Below, piece by piece: positions 19,412 to 29,196 of a stretch of DNA of 64,000 nt. A program made the translations under genes and the position numbers. The notes beneath the pieces are model-generated. The model was given only the letters and a program-made list of their open reading frames with translations, searched no databases and had not been told where the DNA came from. This DNA is from Deltaproteobacteria bacterium (GTDB lineage Bacteria; Desulfobacterota; Syntrophia; Syntrophales; Smithellaceae): contig JAKLDS010000002.1 of NCBI GenBank assembly GCA_022703375.1, positions 20,022 to 84,021 of the forward strand. Direction: 5' to 3'. Position 1 is the first letter of the stretch; each line of letters opens with the position of its first letter.

Positions 19412-20005
19412 ATGAAAAAAATTATTAGCCTGTCGTTTGCCCTGTTGTTTGTTTTTACGGTTGCAGTCGGTTTCTCTTCTGCTCAAACCAAGAATCCCGT
19501 TGTCAGTCAGACGGTATTTGTGAAAATGGATGCCGGCAAGGACGGTGTCATCACTGTTGCGGAACATTCCGCTTACTGGCAGGGGCGTTTTAAAGAAGTG
19601 GACGCCGATAAAGACGGTAAAATTATTGCCGCCGAATTCGAGGCCGCGGTGAAAGATTCTTTCGGCGCGCAGGATGCCGATAATGATAGTATTCTGGTGG
19701 CGCAGGAATATATTGCCTGCTGGTGCGGGCCCAACGCTAAAATTCCGCAAAAAGCAAAAGCCACTAAAAAGCTTGATGCCAATAACGACGGTAAAATCAG
19801 CGATGATGAATGCGCTGTTTTCTGGATGGCGCGGTTTAAAGATGTTGATGAAAACAAAGATCAGAAAATAACAAGGGATGAATTTCTTAAAGCAATGAGA
19901 AAAATCTTTAAGGAAATAGATAAGGACGGCAATGGCATTATTACAGTAGAAGAGCATTCTTATTTCTGGAAGCAGAGGGCCGCTTTGCAGAAAAAAGGAA
20001 AATAG
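19412..20005 (+). CDS. secreted EF-hand calcium-binding protein
   Basis: 197 aa. Signal peptide, then six DxDxDG-type loops (DAGKDGVIT, DADKDGKII, DADNDSIL, DANNDGKIS, DENKDQKIT, DKDGNGIIT). Confidence 0.8.
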   Translation: MKKIISLSFALLFVFTVAVGFSSAQTKNPVVSQTVFVKMDAGKDGVITVAEHSAYWQGRFKEVDADKDGKIIAAEFEAAVKDSFGAQDADNDSILVAQEYIACWCGPNAKIPQKAKATKKLDANNDGKISDDECAVFWMARFKDVDENKDQKITRDEFLKAMRKIFKEIDKDGNGIITVEEHSYFWKQRAALQKKGK

Positions 20006-20016
20006 GAGAGTTTCTC

Positions 20017-20961
20017 ATGGCCGGGAAGTGCGGCAAATTCGAGCATTTGATACGTAAGTGCAAAAATATTTCACCGGTTCCTACGGCTGTTGTGCATCCG
20101 TGTGACGGGATTTCCCTGAGCAGCGCTCTCGATGCTGCTCAGGCAAAAATTATCCTTCCGGTTCTGGTAGGCCCGCGTGCCAGAATAGAAGCGACGGCGG
20201 CGAAATTTCATCTGGATATTTCTCCTTATGAAATACTGGATACTCCGCACAGCCACGCCTCCGCCGCTGAAGCGGTGCGCCTCGCCCGCGAAGGCAGGGC
20301 CGAAATGCTCATGAAGGGTAGTCTGCATACCGATGAACTGATGGGAGCCGTCGTGCGTTCCGATACCGGTCTGCGAACGGAAAGACGCGTCAGCCACGCT
20401 TTTATTATGAATGTTCCGCAGCTCAAAAGGGTGATTATTATCACCGATGCGGCGATTAATATTTTCCCGACGCTGGAAGATAAAAAACACATTATCCAGA
20501 ATGCCATAGATCTTTCCGCCGCGCTGGGATTAAAAGAGCCGAAAGTTGCCATCCTCTCGGCAATGGAGACGGTATCCCTGAAGGTTCCTTCCACCGTGGA
20601 AGCGGCCGCTCTTTGTAAAATGGCGGACCGCGGACAGATTACAGGTGGTATCCTGGATGGTCCGCTGGCGCTGGATAATGCGGTGAGTCTTTCCGCGGCA
20701 AAAATAAAAAACATCAGTTCTCCGGTCGCCGGACAGGCCGACATCCTGATTGCGCCCGATCTGGAAGCGGGTAATATGCTGGCCAAGAGCCTGACTTTTT
20801 TAGCTGACGCCGAGGCCGCAGGCATTGTCCTGGGCGCGCGCATCCCGATTGTCCTGACCAGTCGCGCCGATTCCGTAAAAATGCGCCTGGCTTCCTGCGC
20901 CATCGGAGCGCTGGCTGCTCTGGCGCGGCGGGAAAATACGAAAAAGGCGCTGGCTCAATAA
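20017..20961 (+). CDS. phosphate acetyl/butyryltransferase (PTA_PTB family, catalytic domain only)
   Basis: 314 aa. VVHPCD, LMKGSLHTDELM and VLTSRADS motifs recalled from the PTA_PTB family. Confidence 0.75.
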   Translation: MAGKCGKFEHLIRKCKNISPVPTAVVHPCDGISLSSALDAAQAKIILPVLVGPRARIEATAAKFHLDISPYEILDTPHSHASAAEAVRLAREGRAEMLMKGSLHTDELMGAVVRSDTGLRTERRVSHAFIMNVPQLKRVIIITDAAINIFPTLEDKKHIIQNAIDLSAALGLKEPKVAILSAMETVSLKVPSTVEAAALCKMADRGQITGGILDGPLALDNAVSLSAAKIKNISSPVAGQADILIAPDLEAGNMLAKSLTFLADAEAAGIVLGARIPIVLTSRADSVKMRLASCAIGALAALARRENTKKALAQ

Positions 20962-21143
20962 GAGCCGCGCGCAGCGGTCAGCAGAAAAGCTCTGCCAATT
21001 CCCGGGTAATTTCGACCGGCGGGGAATTAATGATTACCCGTCATACTTTTAATAACATCAAAGAACGGAGATAATTTTTTCTTGACATTAAAAAGCTGAT
21101 TCATCAATTATAACAAAACAGAAACCGGGAGGAGGACTTTTCC

Positions 21144-22157
21144 ATGCCGTATATGCTTTATAAGAGACACAGCATTTACTATGAATTGAATGGTGAAAAG
21201 GGACGGCCTCTCATTGTTTTTGTCAACGGTCTCACCCAGAGCACTGCTATCTGGGGACTGCAGACCGAACAATTAAACAAACTAGGATATCAGACCCTTA
21301 CTTTTGATCTTTTAGGCCAGGGTAAATCTTTCAAGCCTATTTTAGATATCAATTTTGATGAAAACGCCGACGTATTGCACGAACTGTTGCTGCACATTGG
21401 CGTTAAAAAAGCGTATATCGCCGGTATCTCTTTCGGCGGCGTCACTACTTTGCAATTTGCGATTCGTTTTCCGGAACAGTGCAGAGGCCTGATAGTGATG
21501 AGCGCTTTTACCGAAATGGATAGAAGGCTGATGCTGCTGGGACTGAATATGTATCAAGGGTTGACCCTTGTCGGGCTTAATATGTTGCTGGATATTTTAT
21601 TGCCCATCAATCTGAGTTCGGATTACCTGCAGAAAAATGAACAGCTCTTAAAAGGTTTGCGCAAGATGACTCTGGCGAAAAATGATTTGTATGCCATCCA
21701 GAATTTGATGGAATCCATCAGCACTTTTAAAGGGTTTACCGGTGAATTGACTAAAATTAAAGCTCCAACTTTAATCTTAAACGGGGAGTTTGATTATCTT
21801 ACGCCGCGCTGGTGCCATGAATTAATGAGGAAAAACATTAAAGATTCCCGACTGGTCATTATTCAGCACGCTTTCCACGCTTTTACCGTCGAATACCCGG
21901 CAATAGTCAATAAATTATTCGATTACTTTGTGCGGGAAGTGGAAAACAAAACCTGGAAAGGGGATCAGTCTGTCTGGATTGCCACGGACGATGCCGCATC
22001 CAAAGAAGTTCTTTACCCCTGCTACGGTGATCACATGAGGGCAATCCATATCGCGCCGGGTGCCGCAGAAGGAAAAAGCAAACCTGTCGTTAAAAAAGAA
22101 AGCAGCAAAGCAAAAGCGTTGCCGGGTGCCCGCAAAAAAATAAAAACAAAAAAGTAA
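21144..22157 (+). CDS. alpha/beta hydrolase with Lys-rich C-terminal tail
   Basis: 337 aa. Nucleophile elbow GISFGG; HAFH near the C-terminal part of the fold. The last approximately 35 aa are highly basic (KSKPVVKKESSKAKALPGARKKIKTKK). Confidence 0.75.
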   Translation: MPYMLYKRHSIYYELNGEKGRPLIVFVNGLTQSTAIWGLQTEQLNKLGYQTLTFDLLGQGKSFKPILDINFDENADVLHELLLHIGVKKAYIAGISFGGVTTLQFAIRFPEQCRGLIVMSAFTEMDRRLMLLGLNMYQGLTLVGLNMLLDILLPINLSSDYLQKNEQLLKGLRKMTLAKNDLYAIQNLMESISTFKGFTGELTKIKAPTLILNGEFDYLTPRWCHELMRKNIKDSRLVIIQHAFHAFTVEYPAIVNKLFDYFVREVENKTWKGDQSVWIATDDAASKEVLYPCYGDHMRAIHIAPGAAEGKSKPVVKKESSKAKALPGARKKIKTKK

Positions 22158-22184
22158 ATTTAATCAAACTATGGGGAAATTCTG

Positions 22185-22874
22185 ATGGCAAAAATTAATA
22201 AACCGGAAAAAAATCCGGAGACGAAAAGCGTCAGCATAATTTATGAAGAGACGATGCGCGAACTGGTAATCTGCCAGGAACAGGCCGCCGCCTTTTTAAG
22301 AGATAAAGGAATGCGGGATATCGAACAGACTAAAATAACTCTTTTTCTGCAAAGCACCAAACTGGCCAATTCGCTTATTTTACCCAGAATCGAATTTCAG
22401 AAAATTGAATGGCAGCCTTATAAATTCTTCAATCATCAAATCTATAAGAACATTCAGTCATCGTATCTGCTGGCTAAAGCCACCAACTGGACTAGAGATT
22501 GGAATGTCTATGCACAATACAGCCGGGTGGCCGCTTCCTTCTGGGATCAGGCCGATATCGGCAAATATATCGTTTCCAATTTTGAGACTGATGAAACAGG
22601 TGTTAAGTTATACGAATTCCTTGCTTTCAGCCACGCCCTGCTTTCCGAAATTCGCATAACTCCCATCGTTGTTGATTTGCCGCCTGACAATTATATCGGG
22701 CTTTTGAGTGAAATCGAGGAAGAAAACGGCCGCCAGATACAATTGCAAGTGCGGTTGCTGAAAAATATGGCTGTGCCCCTGACGCTTGATGAAAAAGAAG
22801 ATATCAGTCTCACCGCCCGCATTAAATTAGGTGAAGTTTATCGCCGGTTTCTTGTGTTTTTATGTGAACAATGA
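22185..22874 (+). CDS. hypothetical protein
   Basis: 229-aa ORF, 27 nt after the hydrolase gene, with a GGGGA RBS-like sequence upstream. No recognisable motif. Confidence 0.5.
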   Translation: MAKINKPEKNPETKSVSIIYEETMRELVICQEQAAAFLRDKGMRDIEQTKITLFLQSTKLANSLILPRIEFQKIEWQPYKFFNHQIYKNIQSSYLLAKATNWTRDWNVYAQYSRVAASFWDQADIGKYIVSNFETDETGVKLYEFLAFSHALLSEIRITPIVVDLPPDNYIGLLSEIEEENGRQIQLQVRLLKNMAVPLTLDEKEDISLTARIKLGEVYRRFLVFLCEQ

Positions 22875-22918
22875 TAAATATAACAAACATTTATCGTCAA
22901 TTAACAAGGAGATAATAT

Positions 22919-23296
22919 ATGTTCAATATCGCCACGTATGAAAAATTCAGCAATGGAGAAGCCATCTTTAAAGAAGGCAGCTTCGGCGACTGGATGTATT
23001 TTATTGAAAAAGGAGCGGTCGAAATCTTCCGGACGGTCGAAGGGAAAAAGCTTGTTATAACCAATTTGAAAGAAGGTGAAGTATTCGGAGAAGTAGCTTA
23101 TATCACCAAAGCGGCGCGTTCCGCCACGGCCGCGGCCATAGGAAACACCACGGTCGGCATTATTGACCGTAAATCTTTTGATCAGGAGTTCAATGCGCTG
23201 TCCAGCGATTTTCAGATGATTCTGAAAGTTATGGCAACGCGCCTGAAAGTTACAACGGATGTTCTCATTGATCTGGAAAATAAATATATCAAATAA
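22919..23296 (+). CDS. stand-alone cyclic-nucleotide-binding domain protein
   Basis: 125 aa. FGEVAYI...RSATAAA phosphate-binding cassette. No DNA-binding domain is attached. Confidence 0.75.
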   Translation: MFNIATYEKFSNGEAIFKEGSFGDWMYFIEKGAVEIFRTVEGKKLVITNLKEGEVFGEVAYITKAARSATAAAIGNTTVGIIDRKSFDQEFNALSSDFQMILKVMATRLKVTTDVLIDLENKYIK

Positions 23297-23347
23297 TTTC
23301 GTAAGAAAAGTCTGAGTGGGCCGGAGGTTTCCATCGGTATTTGTTTT

Positions 23348-24226
23348 TTAGATTTCCCGTGCCGGCAGGTCCGGAGAGATATTTTGCGGACGGCGATCGA
23401 AAATGGACAGGATAACACCGCCGAATCCCGCTGTAGCGGCTATCGCTTTAACAATCCAGCCGAGGTATGGTATCCAGCCCAAAAGCCAGAGCAAAGTCAG
23501 CCCCAGCAGAGTCGCTTTCATCATACCGGATTCTTTTCTTTTGCAAATTCTGATTAAGATAAAAGTTCCCAGGAGTGTTCCTACCGCGATGAATCCCACG
23601 GCGATGCCCAGCATGACCAGTATTATTTCCAGAGGAATCAACGGAATGCCGACAAGTGAAATGGCCAAGAGCAAAGCCAGCGGTCCTGCCAGCATCAGCC
23701 CAAGGACACCCCAGATAAACGATCTGGCTTTGCCCCTGCGGATTACTGTGGAAACGGCAATTAACGGCCGGGGAATAAGCAGCGTAATGAGAAGAGCAAA
23801 AATAAAAAGCAGGAAGAAAAAACAAATGGAAATGACGGCGAATATCCAGGACCAGCCATCCCAGTCGCTGTGAACAGCAGAATTGAAAGCGGAAAAAAAA
23901 TTGTTGGAGTTTATTTCCGTGATATCGCCGAAAACCTGTGATGATGCTCCCCGAACAACGACTCCGCCGATGCAGATAACGTTGCCGCGCACCACGGCTC
24001 CACTGGTCAGAACGACGGATCCGCCCACGGCAACAACATTATTTTCCACAAGCCCGCCAACAGTTGCCTGCCCGCCGACCGCGATAACGTTATCGGCCTG
24101 CTGGTTTGTTTCCAGCGCCGCATCCTTGCCTATCACTACAATATTTTTTGCCGCGGCCGTTGCTGCAAAAAATATCAGCAGGCAACAGGCGGGCAATATT
24201 ATTTTTATTTTCATCGAATTATTCAT
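23348..24226 (-). CDS. membrane protein with N-terminal bactofilin-like Gly/Val repeat region
   Basis: 292 aa. Signal peptide, then repetitive VGG..V.G..V segments, then about 4-5 TM helices. Confidence 0.55.
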   Translation of the reverse strand: MNNSMKIKIILPACCLLIFFAATAAAKNIVVIGKDAALETNQQADNVIAVGGQATVGGLVENNVVAVGGSVVLTSGAVVRGNVICIGGVVVRGASSQVFGDITEINSNNFFSAFNSAVHSDWDGWSWIFAVISICFFFLLFIFALLITLLIPRPLIAVSTVIRRGKARSFIWGVLGLMLAGPLALLLAISLVGIPLIPLEIILVMLGIAVGFIAVGTLLGTFILIRICKRKESGMMKATLLGLTLLWLLGWIPYLGWIVKAIAATAGFGGVILSIFDRRPQNISPDLPAREI

Positions 24227-24323
24227 TGTGAAACTCCGATTCCGTTTGTGCCGTACTACGGAATTGGTAAGTTGAATCCCGATTTATCGGGACTTTGGGG
24301 TTCAGAACCGTGATTCCCGATTT

Positions 24324-24968
24324 TTACCCTCCGCCGCGGCGCCGCTGGCGGAAATATTCGATTACGCCCGGCAGGACAGATATAATGACAATAGCGACTA
24401 TAACGACGGTAAAGTTATTCTTTACTGCAGGAACATTGCCGAACCAGTAGCCGCCGAGCAGAAATATGCAAACCCAGGCAACGCCGCCGACTATGTTATA
24501 AAGAATAAATTTTGAGTAGCTCATGGCGCCGATGCCGGCAACAAAGGGAGCAAAAGTGCGGATGATGGGCATAAAACGGGCAATGATAATTGTCTTGCCG
24601 CCATGTTTTTCATAAAATTCATGTGTTTTTATCAAATAGTGTTTTTTAAAAAAACGGCTGTCTTCATAATGGAAAACTTTCGGGCCGATAAAATGGCCGA
24701 TGGAATAATTAACAGTATCGCCGCCAATGGCAGCCAGGCAAAGCAAAAGTAAAAGTAAATCAATGTTCAAAGCGCCCAGCGCCGCAAAAGCTCCCAGCGC
24801 GAATAGCAGCGAATCACCGGGCAGAATAGGTGTTACCACCAGGCCTGTTTCGCAAAAAACAACCAGAAATACGATAACATAAATCCAGATACCGAATCTT
24901 TCAATAATGACGGGTAGATATTTATCCAGATGAATAAAGAAGTCAAAAAAATTGAGGATTATATCCAT
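24324..24968 (-). CDS. DedA family membrane protein
   Basis: 214 aa. VVTPILPGDSLLFALGA and the FMPIIRTFAPFVAG motif. Confidence 0.85.
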   Translation of the reverse strand: MDIILNFFDFFIHLDKYLPVIIERFGIWIYVIVFLVVFCETGLVVTPILPGDSLLFALGAFAALGALNIDLLLLLLCLAAIGGDTVNYSIGHFIGPKVFHYEDSRFFKKHYLIKTHEFYEKHGGKTIIIARFMPIIRTFAPFVAGIGAMSYSKFILYNIVGGVAWVCIFLLGGYWFGNVPAVKNNFTVVIVAIVIISVLPGVIEYFRQRRRGGG

Positions 24969-25482
24969 GGGGTGGAATGTGCAGGCTGCGGCCGGATAGA
25001 TAAATTAGTAAGATAAATTATGCTGTTCCGCCTTTTCCGTTCCTTTCTGTAAATTGTCAAAAAGATTGCGCTTATATATCGGGTCAACAAAATAGTGTCA
25101 ATATGAAAAAGCAGGGACGGTCAGTACAATTAACCGACAGGGACTATTTCGTGAGGGAGCGATTGGACATTGTACAGGCAATCGCCTGATTTTTTGACAA
25201 TATATTTATTGTCTTAGCTGCTATCGCCGGCAATGATGCAAATGAGGCTAAAATACATATGCGTCTTTGCATATCATATAATACTTGCAATAACATATAC
25301 TTATAAAAATTTATTCTATTTACCGGCGAATTGTATGCAATTATACATATGAAAGAATCGTTATCTTGAAAAAATAATACTTTATCCTTAGGGGGAAAAA
25401 CTTCATCCAATATTTTTTAAAGAGTTGATATTATTGATGTGTTTTATATAAAACCGGTTTTTGTTCAACTTATGTTGCTGTC

Positions 25483-25498
25483 TGGCACGTCGCTTGCT
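25483..25498 (+). promoter_or_regulatory. sigma-54 (-24/-12) promoter
   Basis: TGGCAC-GTCGC-TTGCT matches the consensus TGGCAC-N5-TTGCW exactly. It lies about 100 nt upstream of the 25597 gene. AT-rich inverted repeats (ATATGC-N6-GCATAT, TGTAT-N6-ATACA) sit 130-240 nt further upstream. Confidence 0.8.
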
Positions 25499-25596
25499 GG
25501 TTAGGAGCGACGGAAAGACGAGAGCATCATAAATCTTTTCACCGGAAACTGATGAGGACTATCAAATATCTAAGACGCTGCAGAAGTCAGGAGTGA

Positions 25597-27732
25597 ATGA
25601 TGAGCAAACAGGATAAAAATATTAAATATTTATTTGAGCCGCGATCAATTGCGGTCATCGGCGCGTCCAGTGACAAAGGAAAAATCGGGCACAGCGTGAT
25701 GAACAACATTATCAAGGGAGGTTATCAGGGGAAAATTTATCCCATTAACCCCAGGGGCGGTGAAATTGAAGGAATTAAAGCATATAAAAGCATTATGGAT
25801 ATCAATGGTGAAATAGATGTCGCCTGCATTACCATTCCCGCCAAATTTGTTGTTGATTCCGTCAGGCAGTGTGCCGCCAAAGGTGTAAAATACGGCATTG
25901 TCATTACTTCCGGATTTTCTGAAATAGGCAACTCCGAAGATGAAAGGAAAATGGTGCAGATAGCCAATGAAAAGGGGATGCGCATTTTAGGACCCAATAT
26001 CTTCGGCATTTATACCGCGGAAGTTTCCCTGAATACTACTTTTTCCGGGAGCGCCATTCCTTCCGGCGGATTGGGCATTGTAACGCAAAGCGGGGCGCTT
26101 GGCCTGACGATGATTGGACAGGCCACAGTCGGCAATGTTGGTCTTTCTACGATAGTTTCCGTCGGCAACAAGGCCGATGTGGATGAAGCCGATTTGCTTG
26201 AATATCTGATTACTCAGGAAAGAACAAAAGTTATCCTTATGTATATGGAAGGGGTGCGCGATGGTGAGAGGTTGGTGGAAGTTCTCAAGCGTGCAACCAA
26301 AGTTAAACCGGTCGTCATTATCAAGTCAGGGAGATCCCAGCGAGGCGCTATGGCCGCGGCATCGCATACGGGCTCCCTGGCTGGTTCTGACGCCGTATTT
26401 GACGATATCATCAAGCAGTGCGGCGCGCTCAGGGCGGAAAATATGAAAGAAGCTTTCGACTGGAGCAAATTCCTTTCCAATAATCCGCTGCCGCGCGGCG
26501 AAAACGCCGTCATTATCACCAACGGCGGCGGCGCCGGCGTTCTGGCCACCGATGCCTGCGAAAAATTCGGAGTCAACCTTTACGACGACATGGAAAATCT
26601 GAAAACAATTTTTTCACCGGCGACTCCCGAATTCGGTTCTACCAAGAATCCTGTTGATATTACCGGACAGGCCAAATCCGAGGATTACACGAAGGCTTTT
26701 GATGCGGCGCTGCACGATCCAGAAATCCATGCCGTTCTGGGAGTTTTTTGTGAAACTTCCATGTTCACTCATGAAGATTTCGACAGGGCGGTCGAGCATA
26801 ACTACCGCCAGTTCAAAGCCGCCGGCAAACCCATTGTTTTCGGGCTGCTGGGCGGTGAAACAGTTTCCGAATACACCCGTGACGCACGGCGCAAGAATAT
26901 CCCTGTTTATGAAGATATTTACGATGCGGTTTCCTCGCTGGGCGCCATGTATTCTTTTAAAAGATATGTTGATGAAAAGGACGATGAGATTGCCGATGTG
27001 GCAATTGACGTCAAGGCGATAGACAGCATAGTTGATGGCGCAAGGCGTGACGGCCGTTCCTTTCTGTTCTCTCACGAAGGCCAGAATATCATGAAGATGA
27101 CGGGAATTCCCGTTCCGAAAAGTCTGATTGCCATGACCATTGAAAGCGCCGTGAAAAGCGCCGCGGCGATCGGCTATCCGGTGGTCATGAAAGTTGTTTC
27201 CAAGGATATTCTGCACAAAAGCGATGTCGGCGGCATCGCGCTCGATCTGGAAAACGATCAGGAAGTAATCTCCGGCTATGAAGCCATCATGCGCAATTGC
27301 CGCATGAACATGCCCAACGCGGCTATCGAGGGAGTGGAAATATCGGAAATGGTAAAGCCGGGCACGGAAATGATTGTCGGCGCAATGGTTGACAAGACTT
27401 TCGGCCCTACGGTAATGGTGGGTCTGGGCGGAATTTATGTTGAGGTAATGAAAGACGTTTCTTTCCGGGCGCTGCCGATGGCCAGAACGCAAATAATGGA
27501 GATGATAAAAGAGATTCGCTCCTACCCTCTGCTGATGGGCGTCCGCGGCGAGAAAACCCGTGACATCAACGCCCTGGTGGATACGATAATCAAGCTGGGC
27601 GCTATTATCCGCAACTGCAAAGGAATTTCCGATATTGAAATTAATCCCCTGGTGATTTATGAGCAGGGTATGGGCGCCAGGGCCGTAGACGTAAGAATAA
27701 TACTTTCAAAAGAAGATAGAGAGGTGAGATAA
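25597..27732 (+). CDS. acetyl-CoA synthetase (ADP-forming), fused alpha/beta (NDP-forming acyl-CoA synthetase)
   Basis: 711 aa. CoA-binding N-terminus RSIAVIGAS..GKIG, phosphohistidine loop AASHTGSLAG, and a C-terminal ATP-grasp region. Confidence 0.88.
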   Translation: MMSKQDKNIKYLFEPRSIAVIGASSDKGKIGHSVMNNIIKGGYQGKIYPINPRGGEIEGIKAYKSIMDINGEIDVACITIPAKFVVDSVRQCAAKGVKYGIVITSGFSEIGNSEDERKMVQIANEKGMRILGPNIFGIYTAEVSLNTTFSGSAIPSGGLGIVTQSGALGLTMIGQATVGNVGLSTIVSVGNKADVDEADLLEYLITQERTKVILMYMEGVRDGERLVEVLKRATKVKPVVIIKSGRSQRGAMAAASHTGSLAGSDAVFDDIIKQCGALRAENMKEAFDWSKFLSNNPLPRGENAVIITNGGGAGVLATDACEKFGVNLYDDMENLKTIFSPATPEFGSTKNPVDITGQAKSEDYTKAFDAALHDPEIHAVLGVFCETSMFTHEDFDRAVEHNYRQFKAAGKPIVFGLLGGETVSEYTRDARRKNIPVYEDIYDAVSSLGAMYSFKRYVDEKDDEIADVAIDVKAIDSIVDGARRDGRSFLFSHEGQNIMKMTGIPVPKSLIAMTIESAVKSAAAIGYPVVMKVVSKDILHKSDVGGIALDLENDQEVISGYEAIMRNCRMNMPNAAIEGVEISEMVKPGTEMIVGAMVDKTFGPTVMVGLGGIYVEVMKDVSFRALPMARTQIMEMIKEIRSYPLLMGVRGEKTRDINALVDTIIKLGAIIRNCKGISDIEINPLVIYEQGMGARAVDVRIILSKEDREVR

Positions 27733-28770
27733 ATGGATAAGATAGTTGTAACATCAATGCGACAGAGCGCGGGTAAGACGAGTGTGATTATTGGCATTGC
27801 CAGGGCATTGAATAAGAAAGTCGGTTATATGAAACCGTTCGGCGAGAGGCTGCTGTACCGCAAGAAGAGATTGTGGGACTATGACGCCGCTCTGGTTGCT
27901 AATATTTTCGAACTGGAAGAAAATATCGAAGATATGAGCATCGGCTTTCATCACTCCAAGCTGCTCTACATGCTTGATGAGGAAATGACCAGGCAGAAAC
28001 TGCTGGAGTTGCTCACCAACATGGGCAATAAAAAAGATATTGTTTTCGTGGAGGCCGGCAAGGATATCAGCTATGGCAGCTCCGTTTATCTGGATGCCCT
28101 CTCAATGGCCAAATATCTGGATTCGGAACTGCTCGTGGTGGCGAGCGGCGACGAAGATACGATTCTGGACGACATTACTTTTTTAAAGAAGCGCGTCCAG
28201 ATGGAGAATATCAAACTGCGCGGTGTGATTATTAATAAAGTGGCCAACATTACTGAATTTACCGATATTCATCTGGCTAAAATCAAGCAGCTGGGCGTCA
28301 ACGTGCTGGGTGTTATTCCTTACTACAAGGATTTGCCCTTCTTCTCCGTGAGCTATCTGGCCGACCGGCTTTTTGCCAAAGTTATTGCCGGCGAAAATAA
28401 CCTGCACCGCATTGTGAAGAATGTTTTTATCGGTTCGGTTTCGGCCAGCGCCGCCATGAAAAATCCGCTTTTCCAGGCGGAAGACAAGGTGGTCATCACC
28501 AGCGGCGACAGGGGCGATATGATTGTATCGGCGCTGGGCAGCAACTCCGCGGCAATTATCCTGACGAATAATATTCTGCCGCCGCCCAATCTGATTGACA
28601 AGGCGGAAAAACATAATGTGCCTCTGCTGCTTGTCTCACTGGACGCTTTTCAGGTAGCCAAACAAATTGACGCTCTGGAATCCCTGCCGACCAAGGAAGA
28701 TAAAGAGAAAATAAAATTGATTGAAAGCATGATAACGACGCACGTTAATTTAAAGGATTTCCAGCGCTAA
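27733..28770 (+). CDS. Pta N-terminal-like protein (P-loop/CobQ-like plus DRTGG domain)
   Basis: 345 aa. SAGKTSV P-loop-like N-terminus and VVITSGDRGDMIVSAL (DRTGG-type motif). Start is adjacent to the upstream stop. Confidence 0.7.
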   Translation: MDKIVVTSMRQSAGKTSVIIGIARALNKKVGYMKPFGERLLYRKKRLWDYDAALVANIFELEENIEDMSIGFHHSKLLYMLDEEMTRQKLLELLTNMGNKKDIVFVEAGKDISYGSSVYLDALSMAKYLDSELLVVASGDEDTILDDITFLKKRVQMENIKLRGVIINKVANITEFTDIHLAKIKQLGVNVLGVIPYYKDLPFFSVSYLADRLFAKVIAGENNLHRIVKNVFIGSVSASAAMKNPLFQAEDKVVITSGDRGDMIVSALGSNSAAIILTNNILPPPNLIDKAEKHNVPLLLVSLDAFQVAKQIDALESLPTKEDKEKIKLIESMITTHVNLKDFQR

Positions 28771-28812
28771 CAGATATCGTCCGTATTGAACGTAATCAAT
28801 ACCCCCCTTTTT

Positions 28813-28849
28813 AAGCCTCCTTCAGCTGCCGCTGGGGAGGCTTTTTTTG
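28813..28849 (+). terminator. intrinsic terminator
   Basis: AAGCCTCC...CAGC-TGCC-GCTG...GGAGGCT stem followed by TTTTTTT. Confidence 0.75.
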
Positions 28850-29094
28850 CTAAAATCCAATTTTTACTGCCTCCCCAGTGGTATTTGCGTCAATTATTCA
28901 CATTTCAGAGATGTCAAAACAACACATTATTCAGGATGTGTGTTTATCTTGACACAATGAAAAATCGCCGGGGTGTCGAAAATGCGTAATTTTGCTGCGC
29001 CACAGGTTAATGAGCGGCAGAACTCCAGTAGATATTTATCATAAATTCAATACATTACAGCATTCTTTTCTTTTCCCGGTTTTTTTCGCTAACC

Positions 29095-29110
29095 GGGCAC
29101 AGTCATTGCT
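29095..29110 (+). promoter_or_regulatory. sigma-54-like promoter (near consensus)
   Basis: GGGCAC-AGTCA-TTGCT with correct GG/GC spacing. It is 243 nt upstream of the porin ATG, with a sigma-70-type promoter in between. Confidence 0.45.
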
Positions 29111-29167
29111 CTATAATTAATTGCCAGTTATTGTGCATGTTGAGCTTAATGATTTAAAAATTAATAA

Positions 29168-29196
29168 TTGACAAGTATTAAGCTCGATGCTAGAAT
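29168..29196 (+). promoter_or_regulatory. sigma-70-type promoter
   Basis: TTGACA (29168-29173), a 17-nt spacer, then TAGAAT (29191-29196). It predicts an approximately 150-nt leader before the porin gene. Confidence 0.6.

Noticed and set aside
21144-22157. Class III PHA synthase (PhaC) with partner PhaE at 22185
   Set aside because: The lipase-box nucleophile is Ser (GISFGG), not the Cys required in PHA synthases. It is called a hydrolase instead.
25144-25410. 88-aa minus-strand ORF
   Set aside because: It lies in the AT-rich enhancer-like region upstream of the sigma-54 promoter. It has no RBS and an implausible composition.
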